From assembly GCF_002105155.1 (NCBI RefSeq), contig NW_019028990.1, positions 744,001 through 808,000 of the forward strand: a stretch of 64,000 nt of DNA, given 5' to 3'. The DNA is from Lobosporangium transversale (taxonomy: Eukaryota). Within the stretch, counting starts at the first letter, position 1. The number at the start of each line of letters is the position of its first letter. Both the position numbers and the translations under genes were made by a program. Of the stretch, positions 1 through 11,320 are shown one piece after another. A model generated the notes under the pieces. The model was given only the letters and a program-made list of their open reading frames with translations, ran no database searches and was not told the DNA's origin.

Positions 1-138
1 GTAAGGCGTGCACCAGCTTCCTTTTTATCACGCTTATCATTGTCACTATCATGGACAAACATTGGTACGAATCCTTGAGCGCAGTCTAATTTGTACAATA
101 CAAACAATGATCCATTCAAATTATTTCTGGTGCAATAG

Positions 139-1700
139 CCTTCAGGAATTCCATTTTACATGTCATATCGGCCGGATGAGGAGATGCTCGCTTGCTCGAG
201 ATTTATGAATGGCGTGCATGGTCTTGCTAAAATATCAATGCGAGACTTCTCCAGCAGCCTCCATGACATTATCCCCATACATTCACAGCCTATCCGCGAC
301 GTGCAGTGCTACACAAGCGATCCTACTCAAAATAAATCGTTGATCCTCACAACCAGTCAGGATAAGACGCTCAAAGTGACCTCGGCACTATCCAAACAAA
401 CCGTTCTATCGTAAGAGCCTGATTTGCCATTGTTTTTAAAATGATCTTTACTAAACGCTTTATATTTCACAAAATCATCTTCCGGAAATGATTTTGCAAC
501 TGATGGATCCAATGATCATTTTTCGATTTAAAAACAACCATATAGGTATGATCTGAAGGCACCGGGTTGGTCCTGCTGTTGGTCCACATTAGATTCGAAC
601 ATTATGTATTGCTCAGTCCAGGCCAAGGAGAAGGTCCTGTCGTTCGATATACGAAATACAAAAGGGCCTGTGGCGTCGTTTGCTCCAACGAATCATCATT
701 CTCCCATTCACTCTATGATCCATATTGGCCCAACAGAAACTCGGAAGCGAGAAGGCATTCTTTGTGGAAATTATGCTGGTCCCTTTGTGTATACCTTTGA
801 GTCTAGCACAAAGACTGATACGTTTAGTCAAGGGTCTGTGGTCGGCGTAAGCGCTAATGAGGGATCAATTGCGGGAGAAGAAACTGCTAGCAATGAGGGC
901 CGACAGGAACAGGATAGATCAAAATGGCCTACTTGTTCGTCAGTTTCATACAATCCCATTACTCGCCACTGGATGGCGTCGTACAAGTTCATTGAAAAGC
1001 CCTTCTTCACGCAGCATGTTAGGGGTGTCCTGGACTATGATGAGTCAAGTGGGGAATTGGGACTCAAAAAAGAATTCAAGGTCGCTGGTGGCGCTCCAGT
1101 CCCATGCATGTCGAGAACAACCGTGTTCTCGAGAAAGGATGGGTCCATCCACATGGCGGCGGGATCCATTGGCAAGGTGAAGACGATGTGTTTATTGGAA
1201 TAGCCCTTTTCGTTATTCTATTATTCACAGCGCGTGCTAATGTCTCCATGTTGTAACTTGTTTAGTCTTATATATGGTGTAGCGACTCAAAGTTAGAGAC
1301 ATCGAATGTTTTTGACGTAAGCTTGTCCCAGTTGTCCTCAGGTGATGATTCCGTTAAGCGTATTATACTTGAGCCTGAAAAACGCCATGCGTTTGGCCAT
1401 CAAGCTCAAGATCCTATTAAAGATATCAAGTCTGTCTTCGTTGGGGATAAGGAATATGTAACGACACTCTCGGATCGTCAAATTGTTTTCTATGAATGGT
1501 CAGAGACGCAGAAAGTCAATGAATTAGACTTGGAGGAATTTGATGACAGTGATGAGGACCAAGATATAGAAGAAATTGAAAGTGAAAGAGAAAAGGGCAA
1601 GAGGCGACGAATAGAGGTTAGGAGTATGAGTGACCAATCTAATATTGGATATATTGGGTCGCAGAGCTCTGGAGATCTAGATTATGCTACTGAAGATTAA
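139..1700 (+). CDS. RFWD3: RFWD3-like E3 ligase, C-terminal WD40 region (5' part lies upstream of window); exons ~139-411, 546-1176, 1266-1700
   Basis: Spliced translation gives IPIHSQPIRDV...LTTSQDKTLKVTS...YDLKAPGWSCCWS...VLSFDIRNT, matching the RFWD3 WD40 pattern (IPMHGKQIRGL...LDNTIKLTS...VWSCCW...VYDVRNT). The window starts on a GT donor. Confidence 0.75.
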
Positions 1701-2624
1701 AATTTACACAGCAGTTGTTGTGTATGTGGAGAGGGCAAATCGACTGGTTTGTATATCGGATCCTCCTTTGAGGGTGGATAGATAGAGTATGACAAAGAGG
1801 CATGAACAATGCCAATGCAAGATAAGATAACTCTGATAAAGTTGGGTCTGAAGTGAAATTCAATGGTATATATATATACATATATATATACAAATGTATG
1901 TTGTACAGTACATGATGGAAATAAAGCGAATGGAAGTGCATTTTATGCCTTTCTATCTTCCTTCCTCTCCCCCAAAAAATTATTTTTGAGGTTTGTGTAT
2001 CACCGGAGAACAAAGTGGTCCATGCATTTCGTCGCTTCGTGGAGTCATGATATGACATAGAAGTGTCGATCTCAGTGCTAAAACAAACCATCTCTTTTAG
2101 GACTAAAGAAAAATTAGTGATTTTTTATTAAAAGATGGTAAGGAGATAAGACCACAAAGCAGGTGAATGATAATTCATTCGGACCTTTTAGAATATTCTA
2201 TGACAAGCAAGCAACATTGAGTAAAAAGCGTAACTGTTGACAGTCTAATCCCCCGCCCTTTTTCTATTTTCTTTTTTATCCAATGAGGACGGAAGAGATA
2301 AAGCAATGTCCTGCCATGAGAGCACGTTGTATAATTATTAAACAATGGGGAAGGTATATCAGCGCCAACAAAAAAAGAACTCCATCAGAAACCATTAATT
2401 ACAGAGTCTATAAGCTAAAATGATTACACTATGACAGCATGGTGAGAAAAAAAAAAAAAAAAAAAAAAAAAACTATAAAAAGGGTGCTAGAAAATTACAA
2501 TCAACATTCCTTCTTATTCTTTTATTTTTATTTTTTTTATTTTTTTTTCCTTTATTTCTCACACTCTCCTCTCACTTCTATCGTCTGCTTCCCACGTCTT
2601 CTTACCCAGTCTTTATCTCTTACC

Positions 2625-4547
2625 ATGCCAGCCAACGACGACTCATCAACCACTAACCCTGCTGAATCTGTGCCACAGCATCAGCTTCACCATCCACACA
2701 CCCTTTCCACTTTGGTAACAAAATATGAAGAAAAACGGAAAGCAAGATGTGTTACTTACTATCGATATGATACAAATGAACATGAATTTACTTAACCTCG
2801 TCCCTGTTCTTCTAAATAGGACTTCCAAGGCGCTAGTAGCGCCGCGGCTGCCAATGCCATGCGCACAGAGCTCAACCGTTTGATTTCGCAAGTCAAGGAG
2901 CCTCACGAGCGCGAGGTTCGTCTTTTTTTTTTTTTTGCTTTTTGTGTAGACAAAAGTCGGGGAGCCTTGTTATTACACCAACAAAGGCTTTTTTTTTTTT
3001 TTTTTTTTTTTTCCCCTTCGCTATTCTGAGGGATTTTCCATGCATTTCTAATTTTTTTTCTTTTCAATTATTATTATCATTGTTAGCTCTTTCAAAATGA
3101 GATGGGCAATTTCTTCCTACTTTTTAATCGCTGGTTAGCTGAGAAGAGCAAAGGAACCAAGATTAACTGGGATAAGGTCAAGTCCCCCCCAGAAGATCAA
3201 ATTGTGCCTTATGACAGGATTCCCAAGGTCGAATCTAGTCCTCATCTCAATAAGCTTGCTGTCTTGAAGCTCAATGGAGGTCTCGGAACCACGATGGGTT
3301 GTGTTGGTCCCAAGAGCGCAATCGAAGTTCGTGATGGCATGACCTTCTTGGATCTCAGCGTCCGACAGATCGAGGTACTAAAAGAAAATTCCAGATAATT
3401 ACATGAGAAAAAACGTAATGCAAAATTCAGGGGTGCTTACTTACAGAGCTCTAATTTTTCGGCTTGCATGAATGTAATCTAGTACCTGAACAAGAGCAAG
3501 AATGTGAATGTGCCTTTCATCTTGATGAACTCTTTTAACACAGATGATGAGACGAAGCGCATTGTGCAGAAGTATGCCACCCACAATATCGAGATCTTGA
3601 CCTTTAACCAGTCCCGGTACCCTCGTATCAAAAAGGATTCGCTACTCCCTGCCCCTCGTCACCCTAACGGTGATATTACAGATTGGTATCCTCCTGGTCA
3701 CGGAGATCTCTATGACTCGCTTAATAACTCCGGCCTCTTGGACCAGTTAATCGCTGATGGCAAGGAGTATCTGTTTGTGTCGAACGTCGACAACTTGGGT
3801 GCTACAGTTGATGAGAGCATCCTGAACCACATGGTGGAGTCAAATGCAGAGTTCTTGATGGAGGTCACGGACAAAACACGTGCTGATATCAAAGGTGGAA
3901 CGCTTATTGATTACGAGGGCTCGATCCGTCTATTAGAAATCGCACAGGTTCCTAGGGATCACGTCGAAGATTTTAAGAGCATCAAAAAGTTTAAGATCTT
4001 CAACACCAATAACTTGTGGGTTAACCTCAAGGCAGTCAAACGCATTGTCGAGAACAAGGAGCTGAACCTGGAGGTCATTGTGAATAACAAGACTACAGAA
4101 TCGGGTGAAAAGGTCATCCAGCTCGAAACAGCTGTAGGTGCGGGTATCAAACACTTCCACAATGGTCATGGCGTGAATGTTCCTCGTAACCGTTTCTTGC
4201 CTGTGAAGTCGACCTCAGATTTGTTCTTGGTGACTTCGGACCTTTATGCACTGAACCATGGCGAGTTGTCCATCAACCCCAGCCGTATGTTCAACACAGT
4301 TCCTCTAGTCAAGCTCGGCGATCACTTCAAGAAGGTCAACAACTTTTTGGCCCGCTTTAACAGTCCACCACATATTCTGGAGTTGGACCATTTGACTGTC
4401 ACAGGCGATGTCACCTTTGGGTCCGATGTTACCCTCAAGGGTACCGTTATCATCGTTGCTAATGCTGGGTCTCACATTGATATCCCATCGGGTAGCATCC
4501 TCGAGAACAAGGTTGTCTCTGGCAACCTTCATATCCTTGACCACTAA
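2625..4547 (+). CDS. UGP1: UTP-glucose-1-phosphate uridylyltransferase (UDP-glucose pyrophosphorylase); exons 2625-2714, 2820-2915, 3087-3374, 3483-4547
   Basis: [38 protein letters not shown] and C-terminal GNLHILDH motifs. All three GT-AG introns are phase 0 and keep frame. Confidence 0.97.
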
Positions 4548-4943
4548 AATTCTAATTTCGTGGTCATTCCTTATTCTTTCTCATTCCACTGTAGATATAC
4601 CTCATAAAAAAATACTCATATTTTTGTAATCAGAATAAATACGTTTGTCAGTTCTTCTTCAAAAAAATGTCATTGTTAAAAAAAAAAGGATGTAGTTGAA
4701 TTCATGGCCCCTCACGGCCCCTTTTGGTTGACCAAAGTTCCCTTCTTGAAATAGTCTTTCCAATCACTGTATTGTTGTGAATCAGGAATTGTATCCCGAA
4801 GCTAATTAGTTGTGTTTACTCTGAACTCGGAGAATCATGATCCATTTACAGGACTGCTTTGCTCTCTCAATTTTTCCTCATGAAAAAATAATATTCGAAG
4901 CTTTTCTTTCTATCCTTTTCTCTACGTTCTAGGCAAAACAAAG

Positions 4944-7273
4944 ATGCAAACAGGTTCACAGGCCCTGTCAGGCCTACGGCGACTTAGCAGCATCGCAACG
5001 AAAAGTGAGCCATTCTCAGTTTACATCCATTGGCCATACTGTTCAAGGTACGGCTATCATAATGATGTTGTGTATCCCGATTAAAGAAATCGAGATGAAC
5101 ACTAGAATAACAAATTGTTTAATGCGTAATCTTCATACTTTCTTTACTTTATGCCTAAGCAAATGTACGTATTGCAATTTCAACAAATATGTCGATCCAT
5201 TGGTAGATCACGAGCGTATGCAAGCGTCGTTATTAAGGGAACTCAAAACTGAGTTGAAGCATTGGAATCTGGATCAAAGGTCTCGACCAATTCGTTCTAT
5301 ATACTTCGGAGGTAAATATTATTCTTAATCTTACGGGTTTTAAAAAACCATTATCGGGCCCTGTTTTCATAACCGAGATTCTTTTTTATTATCATTCAAG
5401 GAGGAACTCCAAGTCTTGCGAAGGTGAATGTGATATTCCATTATTTGACATAGATATTGTTGATCATAAGAGAATCGTTGCTAATTTTTCATCTTTTTCG
5501 TTATGAAATAGCCAGCAATGTTCCAATCTATCCTGGAGACACTGGACGACATGTGCAATATGTCCCAGGATACAGAAATTACCATGGAGGTAAATGATTG
5601 AATGGTTTGCAGGCTTCAGCCTTTTACCTATTGAGCGCTATTAATGAATTCCTTTTAATATCTTTCCTTTTTTTCCTACCTTCCAAGGGAAACCCATCTG
5701 TAAGTCATACCTATCGTAGAGTAGTAATACATCGGATCCTAAAAACTGAACCTCAACCTTTAAGTTCACATAAAAAAGCTGATGGGTATTCGATTATAGT
5801 CAACTACATCTGTTGAAACATTGAAAGCCCTACGAGAAATCGGAATCAATCGATATTCCTTAGGAGTACAATCATTTCAAGCGCATATTTTGAAGGAGCT
5901 TGGACGTGACCACACACCATCATCAGCACTAAGATCCCTTCGGGATGCAAGGGCTGTCTGGCCTGGGAGAGTCTCTATGGACTTGATCATGGGACATGCC
6001 GGCCAAACTCTAAGCGATTGGATTAAAGAGTTACGCTTTACTCTAGATGTTGTGGATGATCATCTGAGCCTTTATCATCTCACAGTTGAGCGAGGTACAG
6101 CGTAAGTGAGTCTTTGTTTTTGTCTTTAGCTTTGTCTTTGTCTTTGTCTTTATCCGCCTTTGGCTGGAAAGATTACTAAATTGTAAAGATGTAGTCTTCA
6201 TCGCGATGTGGCACAGGGAAAAATCCTTTTACCAGACCATGAGTTGGCGTCAGACATGTACGATGCAATGATAGAGGTAAAAAGATAAAAAGGAAGGCAT
6301 TGAAAGCGTCCCTGTTATGAAGAACCCTTTACAATATATATTTCATTATTGCCATTGAGGCTAAATGGTAACAACCGTTCTAGATAACTGAGGATGTTGG
6401 GTTCGAGCATTACGAAGTATCCAATTTTGCTAGAAATCGTGCCTATAGCCTGCACAACAGTGGTCATTGGTTGGGCATTGATTATCTTGGTAAGTATGAT
6501 ACTAATGAATAACTGAATAAGTAAATATCAACTTGTCCTCATATTTTTTTTTTTTTTTTTTTTTTTTTTATCATTTACGAACATGCTTTGGCTCGAAGGA
6601 ATTGGGCCAGGTGCACATGGCCGTGTACGAGATCCTATTACAGGAGATCTTTTCCGTACTTTTAATGTAAGTCGAAGGTCAACTTCTCAAAAAAATAATT
6701 AAAATGACAACCAAAATATTTACTATAGTATGTCTAATCTATGTGATAAAAAAAAAAAAATTGGTAGATTCGGGATCCAGCAGGCTGGATGCGACAATGT
6801 ACTGAACAAGGCACAGGGTGAGTCTTCGAGCGAAGTGTAGCGCTTCCGATAAGGAATATAAATATTATGCTTCATGGTTCTTAAACGAGAACAACTTTGG
6901 CTGCATTTGATAGCTGTAGAAGAAGAGTGGCAATTGAGCCAGACGAATTCAAACAAGAGTTGATCGTACTTGGTATGCGTACTAGTCGAGGTATTGAGCT
7001 ATCCAGGTTTTATCAGTTGACAGGTCAAGATCTTATGAAGGTAATAGGCATTCTGAGTGATGAGGTTTGATATAAACTGTAACTATGGCATGTGGGATGA
7101 TAGCCTATCAACATGTGTATAACATAACATTGTTTATTTTATAGTATTTGAACAAAGAAGCAACAGAGTCATGTTTGTCTGCAGGTCTGTTACGTGTAAC
7201 TCCAGCAAAGGTATATCCGACTGAGCGAGGTATGGCAGTAGCAGATGAACTCGTTGCAAGGCTGTTGCCTTGA
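4944..7273 (+). CDS. RSAD1: Radical SAM heme chaperone HemW/RSAD1 (HemN-like), about 12 exons including 23-nt and 12-nt microexons
   Basis: Spliced [20 protein letters not shown] (CxxxCxxC plus HemW-type H and NF residues), SIYFGGGTPS, EITMEGNP, NRYSLGVQSF, HLSLYHLTVERGT, HYEVSNFA, YLGIGPGAHG. Confidence 0.9.
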
Positions 7274-7618
7274 ATGGACTTTTAAAGCTAAAGCACTACA
7301 ACGCAGGCACTATAGAGTTTTTGTGCGTAAATAAATAAAATATGTGCCAACATTCCTGTTTTTAATCCCTACTGTTTATCGATATAATGGTCTACGGCTC
7401 TGGCATGCTGTCTGCTACTTACGAAACAGCTTAATTCTAACTCTGTATGTGGACTACATACTCGTTCTATCGACTCATTCTTTTACTATTATTAATGAAA
7501 TGGCACAACGGACATTAACCTTGCTATTTCCGGCCGTAAGTTCGAATTCGTTAAGGACGAGATGCCTAGACTAATTGGCCATCGTTAAAAGTGTGATAAT
7601 AATAGGTAGAGTGAAGTG

Positions 7619-8230
7619 TTATGTATGACAATTTGTCAACCAGAAGGTGCGTGTATGTGCCGCGTGTGTATGCCGCCTATGTTCGACATGATGATAGATT
7701 TCGCCTAATAGGTCAGGATGACGAGTATGTCTAATGCCTTGAGCAGCGACTCCTTGCATCTTGAGACGGCAAAGGCCCCCAACTTGGCGACAGTCACTTG
7801 GCCAATCGGGTCCATAAGGAATACACTGAGCTCTTGAAGGGGTAATCACTTCATTTACAGGAAGCTCAAGGAGAGCAAGTTCAAGATCCCTGCCATCAAC
7901 TTTAATGACTGTCACAAAATCCAAGCCCAAGAACCTGTATAGAGATGCTGTTGCAAAGGTTGCTGCTACTGCTGGATATAGTGATGTCGACAAGATTGCG
8001 CTGCAGCCTCAATATTCATTACTTCTGCCAGTTAGCAGGATTTCATTCGTGGTGATGCTGCAATGAAAGATAGTTCGACCGTTTGTAACGTCGGAATAAC
8101 GCTGTTTGTGGCGTTAGCTTCAAATCTCGAGGTTCACCGCCAAGTTGACTTCGTCCAAGTTGAGTGCTTCTGTCTTAGTCCTTCAAACGCGAGCACTACC
8201 GCTACTAAAGTACGGAAAGCTTCAACGGTG
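7619..8230 (-). pseudogene. Possible degenerate coding remnant, unknown family
   Basis: Higher-complexity, coding-like stretch between RSAD1 and MON1. It has a 124-aa ORF lacking an ATG start and a stop-interrupted upstream extension; no recognisable domain. Confidence 0.2.
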
Positions 8231-8456
8231 ACTAAGAAATATAAATATAAATATAAATAAAAATAAAAATAGAAGCTATTTCTTTGTTTCTTTGTCAAAG
8301 TCTTTCCGACGCGCGCATTAAACCAAAGACAGTCATCCATGCATGTGTCCCCACGCGGGACTGTGCGTGGTGTATAAATTTAGAAACATGGATACTTTTA
8401 CTTTGACAAACTTCTGTTGGATTGACAAACTTCATTCACGTCCTGTATAATTAACC

Positions 8457-10670
8457 ATGAGCTCAAGTAGTAACTCACAAAGTGCAAATGACGCAGCAGT
8501 AGAAGCAGTAGCAACGTCATCTAATGCCAGTGCTAATGCCATGCTCTCGCCCTATATTGCGTCTTCTGGCACATCTCCTTTGCAGACAGCTACATCACCC
8601 AGACTAATGCCTACCAAGTCAAGGCCGACTACAGCACTTGTCTTTGACCAACCTACACAACAGCAGCAGCACAATCAAAACGACACAGAGTCACTTTCAA
8701 GCGACGAGTTTGTTTTATCTTCAGCTTCTTCTATGACTAAAGGAAAGGGAAAGGCTGCTTCTGTGAACTTGACTGCTCGTGGGCTCAAGGGTCTTGCTCT
8801 ATTGTCACCATCACAGGAGGAGGTCATCCCGACACAGACTTATCATCGTTTCCCTGGCCTAGGCTTTGACCATGATCATGATCAGGATGTTCATTCAGAG
8901 AGCAGCGACGATGCAGCAGATGGTCGATTAACAGATAATGAGGGTGAGCAGAGTCATTATCGAGACAGCAGAACAGGGACACCAGTGATAGCTGCTGGAC
9001 ACGCACATTCACATACACATACACATTCACATACACACACACATTCACATGGCCCTGTTCAAGATCATAGCTCTAGCCCTACAACTGCTCTGCAATCATT
9101 ACGAAAGATTGAAGAAAATGACAAAGATGAACGTCGTTATCGCGTAACAGCAATGACTTTAGCTACGGATCTTGACCAACAGAGCGAAGGAGGCGATAAT
9201 TCTGATACCCATCCTGAAGCCGCATTGAACGCCACGCAGATTCAAGGTATTGTGTAAAAGTACATATAAGGGGGAAAAAAGTTTGTTAGTTAATTCTAAT
9301 ATGTAATGTCCAATATCTAATCTTTATCTCCATTTTGTTCGTTTAATCAGATAAATTAAAAGTCTTAAAACCAAAGTCAAAGTCTGGCAGGCCAAAGTCG
9401 CAACTAAAAAGGTCAATGTCGACAAAGTCATATGACTCAGATGATATTTCCGACAATTATGGTGGCTATAAGAAACATAGTGCAGGGGAAGACCATACGA
9501 CCGTTGCATGGACAGCGCATCGTAAACATTTCTTTATTCTAAGCAGTGCAGGCAAACCAATTTATGCACGATATGGGGACGAGTCAAGGATATCGAGCTA
9601 CATGGGCGTGATCCAAGCCTTGATCAGCTTCTTTGCCGATAATGATGATTCGATCCGGTGCATCAATGCTGGGCAACACCGATTTGTCTTTTTACTTAAA
9701 CCGCCTTTATATCTCGTATGTGTTTCCCGATCAGGGGAATCCGAGACACAGGTAAAGAATATAGTCTAAAAAGAGCGGGTTTGGCATGTACGTAGCCCTG
9801 TTACTAATCCACATTGGTGCTTTTTTATGATTTGTTTTCTTTAGCTAAGGGATCAGCTCAATTATCTCTATGCACAAATTATCAGTGTTTTAACACATTC
9901 ACAAATGACACGAATTTTTGAACAGCGCAACAACTTTGATCTAAGGGGACTCATCGGTGGAACTGAGATTTTTCTGGATAGTCTCGGCAAATTAATGAAT
10001 AGCTATCCAGGATTCATGCTCGGAGCCATTCAATGTCTAACTATGCCTAAAGCTCTGCGTGATAAAGTAGGCACAGTCCTTGGACGAGCCAAATGCAAAG
10101 TAATATGATCGCATCTCAAGTACAGGACAATGCAGAGGAGATTTGTTTATTATTATTATTTTAGGAAGTTAGGTTCATTTTCACTTATATTTTCGCCTAC
10201 TTGGAATATTTGTATTTTGAATAGCCATTACTGTATGCCATCCTATTGACTCCTACGCAGCTGATCACATTGCTGCGTCCACGGACACATTCGATGCATC
10301 CTGCAGACCTTCATTTGATTTTCAACCTGCTTTCAGGATCAACAACGTTTGAAAGTTCTGAATCCTGGACTCCGATCTGCTTACCTAAATTTAACAACAA
10401 GAGCTTTCTACATGCTTATATCTGCTACATTGCCAAACGAGTCTGTATGCTCTTGATCTCACCGGACAAGGACAGCTTCTTTGAGATGTCAAGTGTGAAA
10501 CAAAAGGTCGTTGAGGGTCTCGAGGCTGGCGGCATGTTGGCTTCTTTAGAGAGTTATGCAGCAGCAGGATCTAGAGGTGGATTTGCTGTGGGTAAGTATT
10601 CAATACTCTTTTTTTTTTTTTTTTTTTTATCTTTATAAGGTTGAAAGCCAATTAATAACTCATTTTCTTG

Positions 10671-10701
<31 letters not shown>

Positions 10702-11160
10702 GATACGGGTATCCCAGGATTGCGCCATTTTCTGTACAAGTCTCGAACAAATGTCCAATTCACAATGCCTGAATTGACAGATGCTTATAGCAGCTTGAGT
10801 GCTAAAAAGCGCCTTCTCCGGCAATATCAGCATATGCATGAGAGAATGCACAGGAAAACGCGCCCACTAAAGCTGCTGTATCACGTGGGGGAAAATGAAA
10901 CCATGCTTGGCTGGGTAAGCAAGACTATGTTTTGAAAGTTAAAAAAAAAATTACAGACACTAATAACTTTTGACTCTCCACTCTGGGAATGATTTTTATT
11001 ATTGCAGATCACAAATAGTTTCGAGCTCTATGCCGCATTCGGCCCTCTCGTCTCCAAGAGTGCAGTGGTCCTCATGTCCAATAAGCTTCTCAAATGGATA
11101 CGGAAACAGGAAGATAGTCTATTAATCCTAAACTCTCCCAGCTTTGAAAAGTTCAAATAG
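8457..11160 (+). CDS. MON1: Vacuolar fusion protein Mon1 (Ypt7/Rab7 GEF subunit); exons ~8457-9246, 9351-9751, 9845-10099, 10224-10591, 10700-10914, 11028-11160
   Basis: KHFFILSSAGKPIYARYGDE, NFDLRGLIGGTE, HPADLHL, SWTPICLPKFN, LRHFLYKSR and FELYAAFGPL motifs of the Mon1 longin domains. Confidence 0.95.
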
Positions 11161-11320
11161 CAATAATAATAATACTACTAATAATAACAACAATTGTCCC
11201 GCCGACAGAAAAAAAAAAGCCTTCATTGATGCATTCTTCATAGTTTGTAGTAATAAACAATTTGACCCAGTTTTCCTAATTGATTAGCGATGCAAAAAAC
11301 AAATGTGATAAAGCTAGACT

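Noticed and set aside
2965..2992. Small hairpin in UGP1 intron 2 (AGCCTTGTT...AACAAAGGCT)
   Set aside because: A 9-bp stem with a bulge is expected by chance, and there is no known RNA motif.
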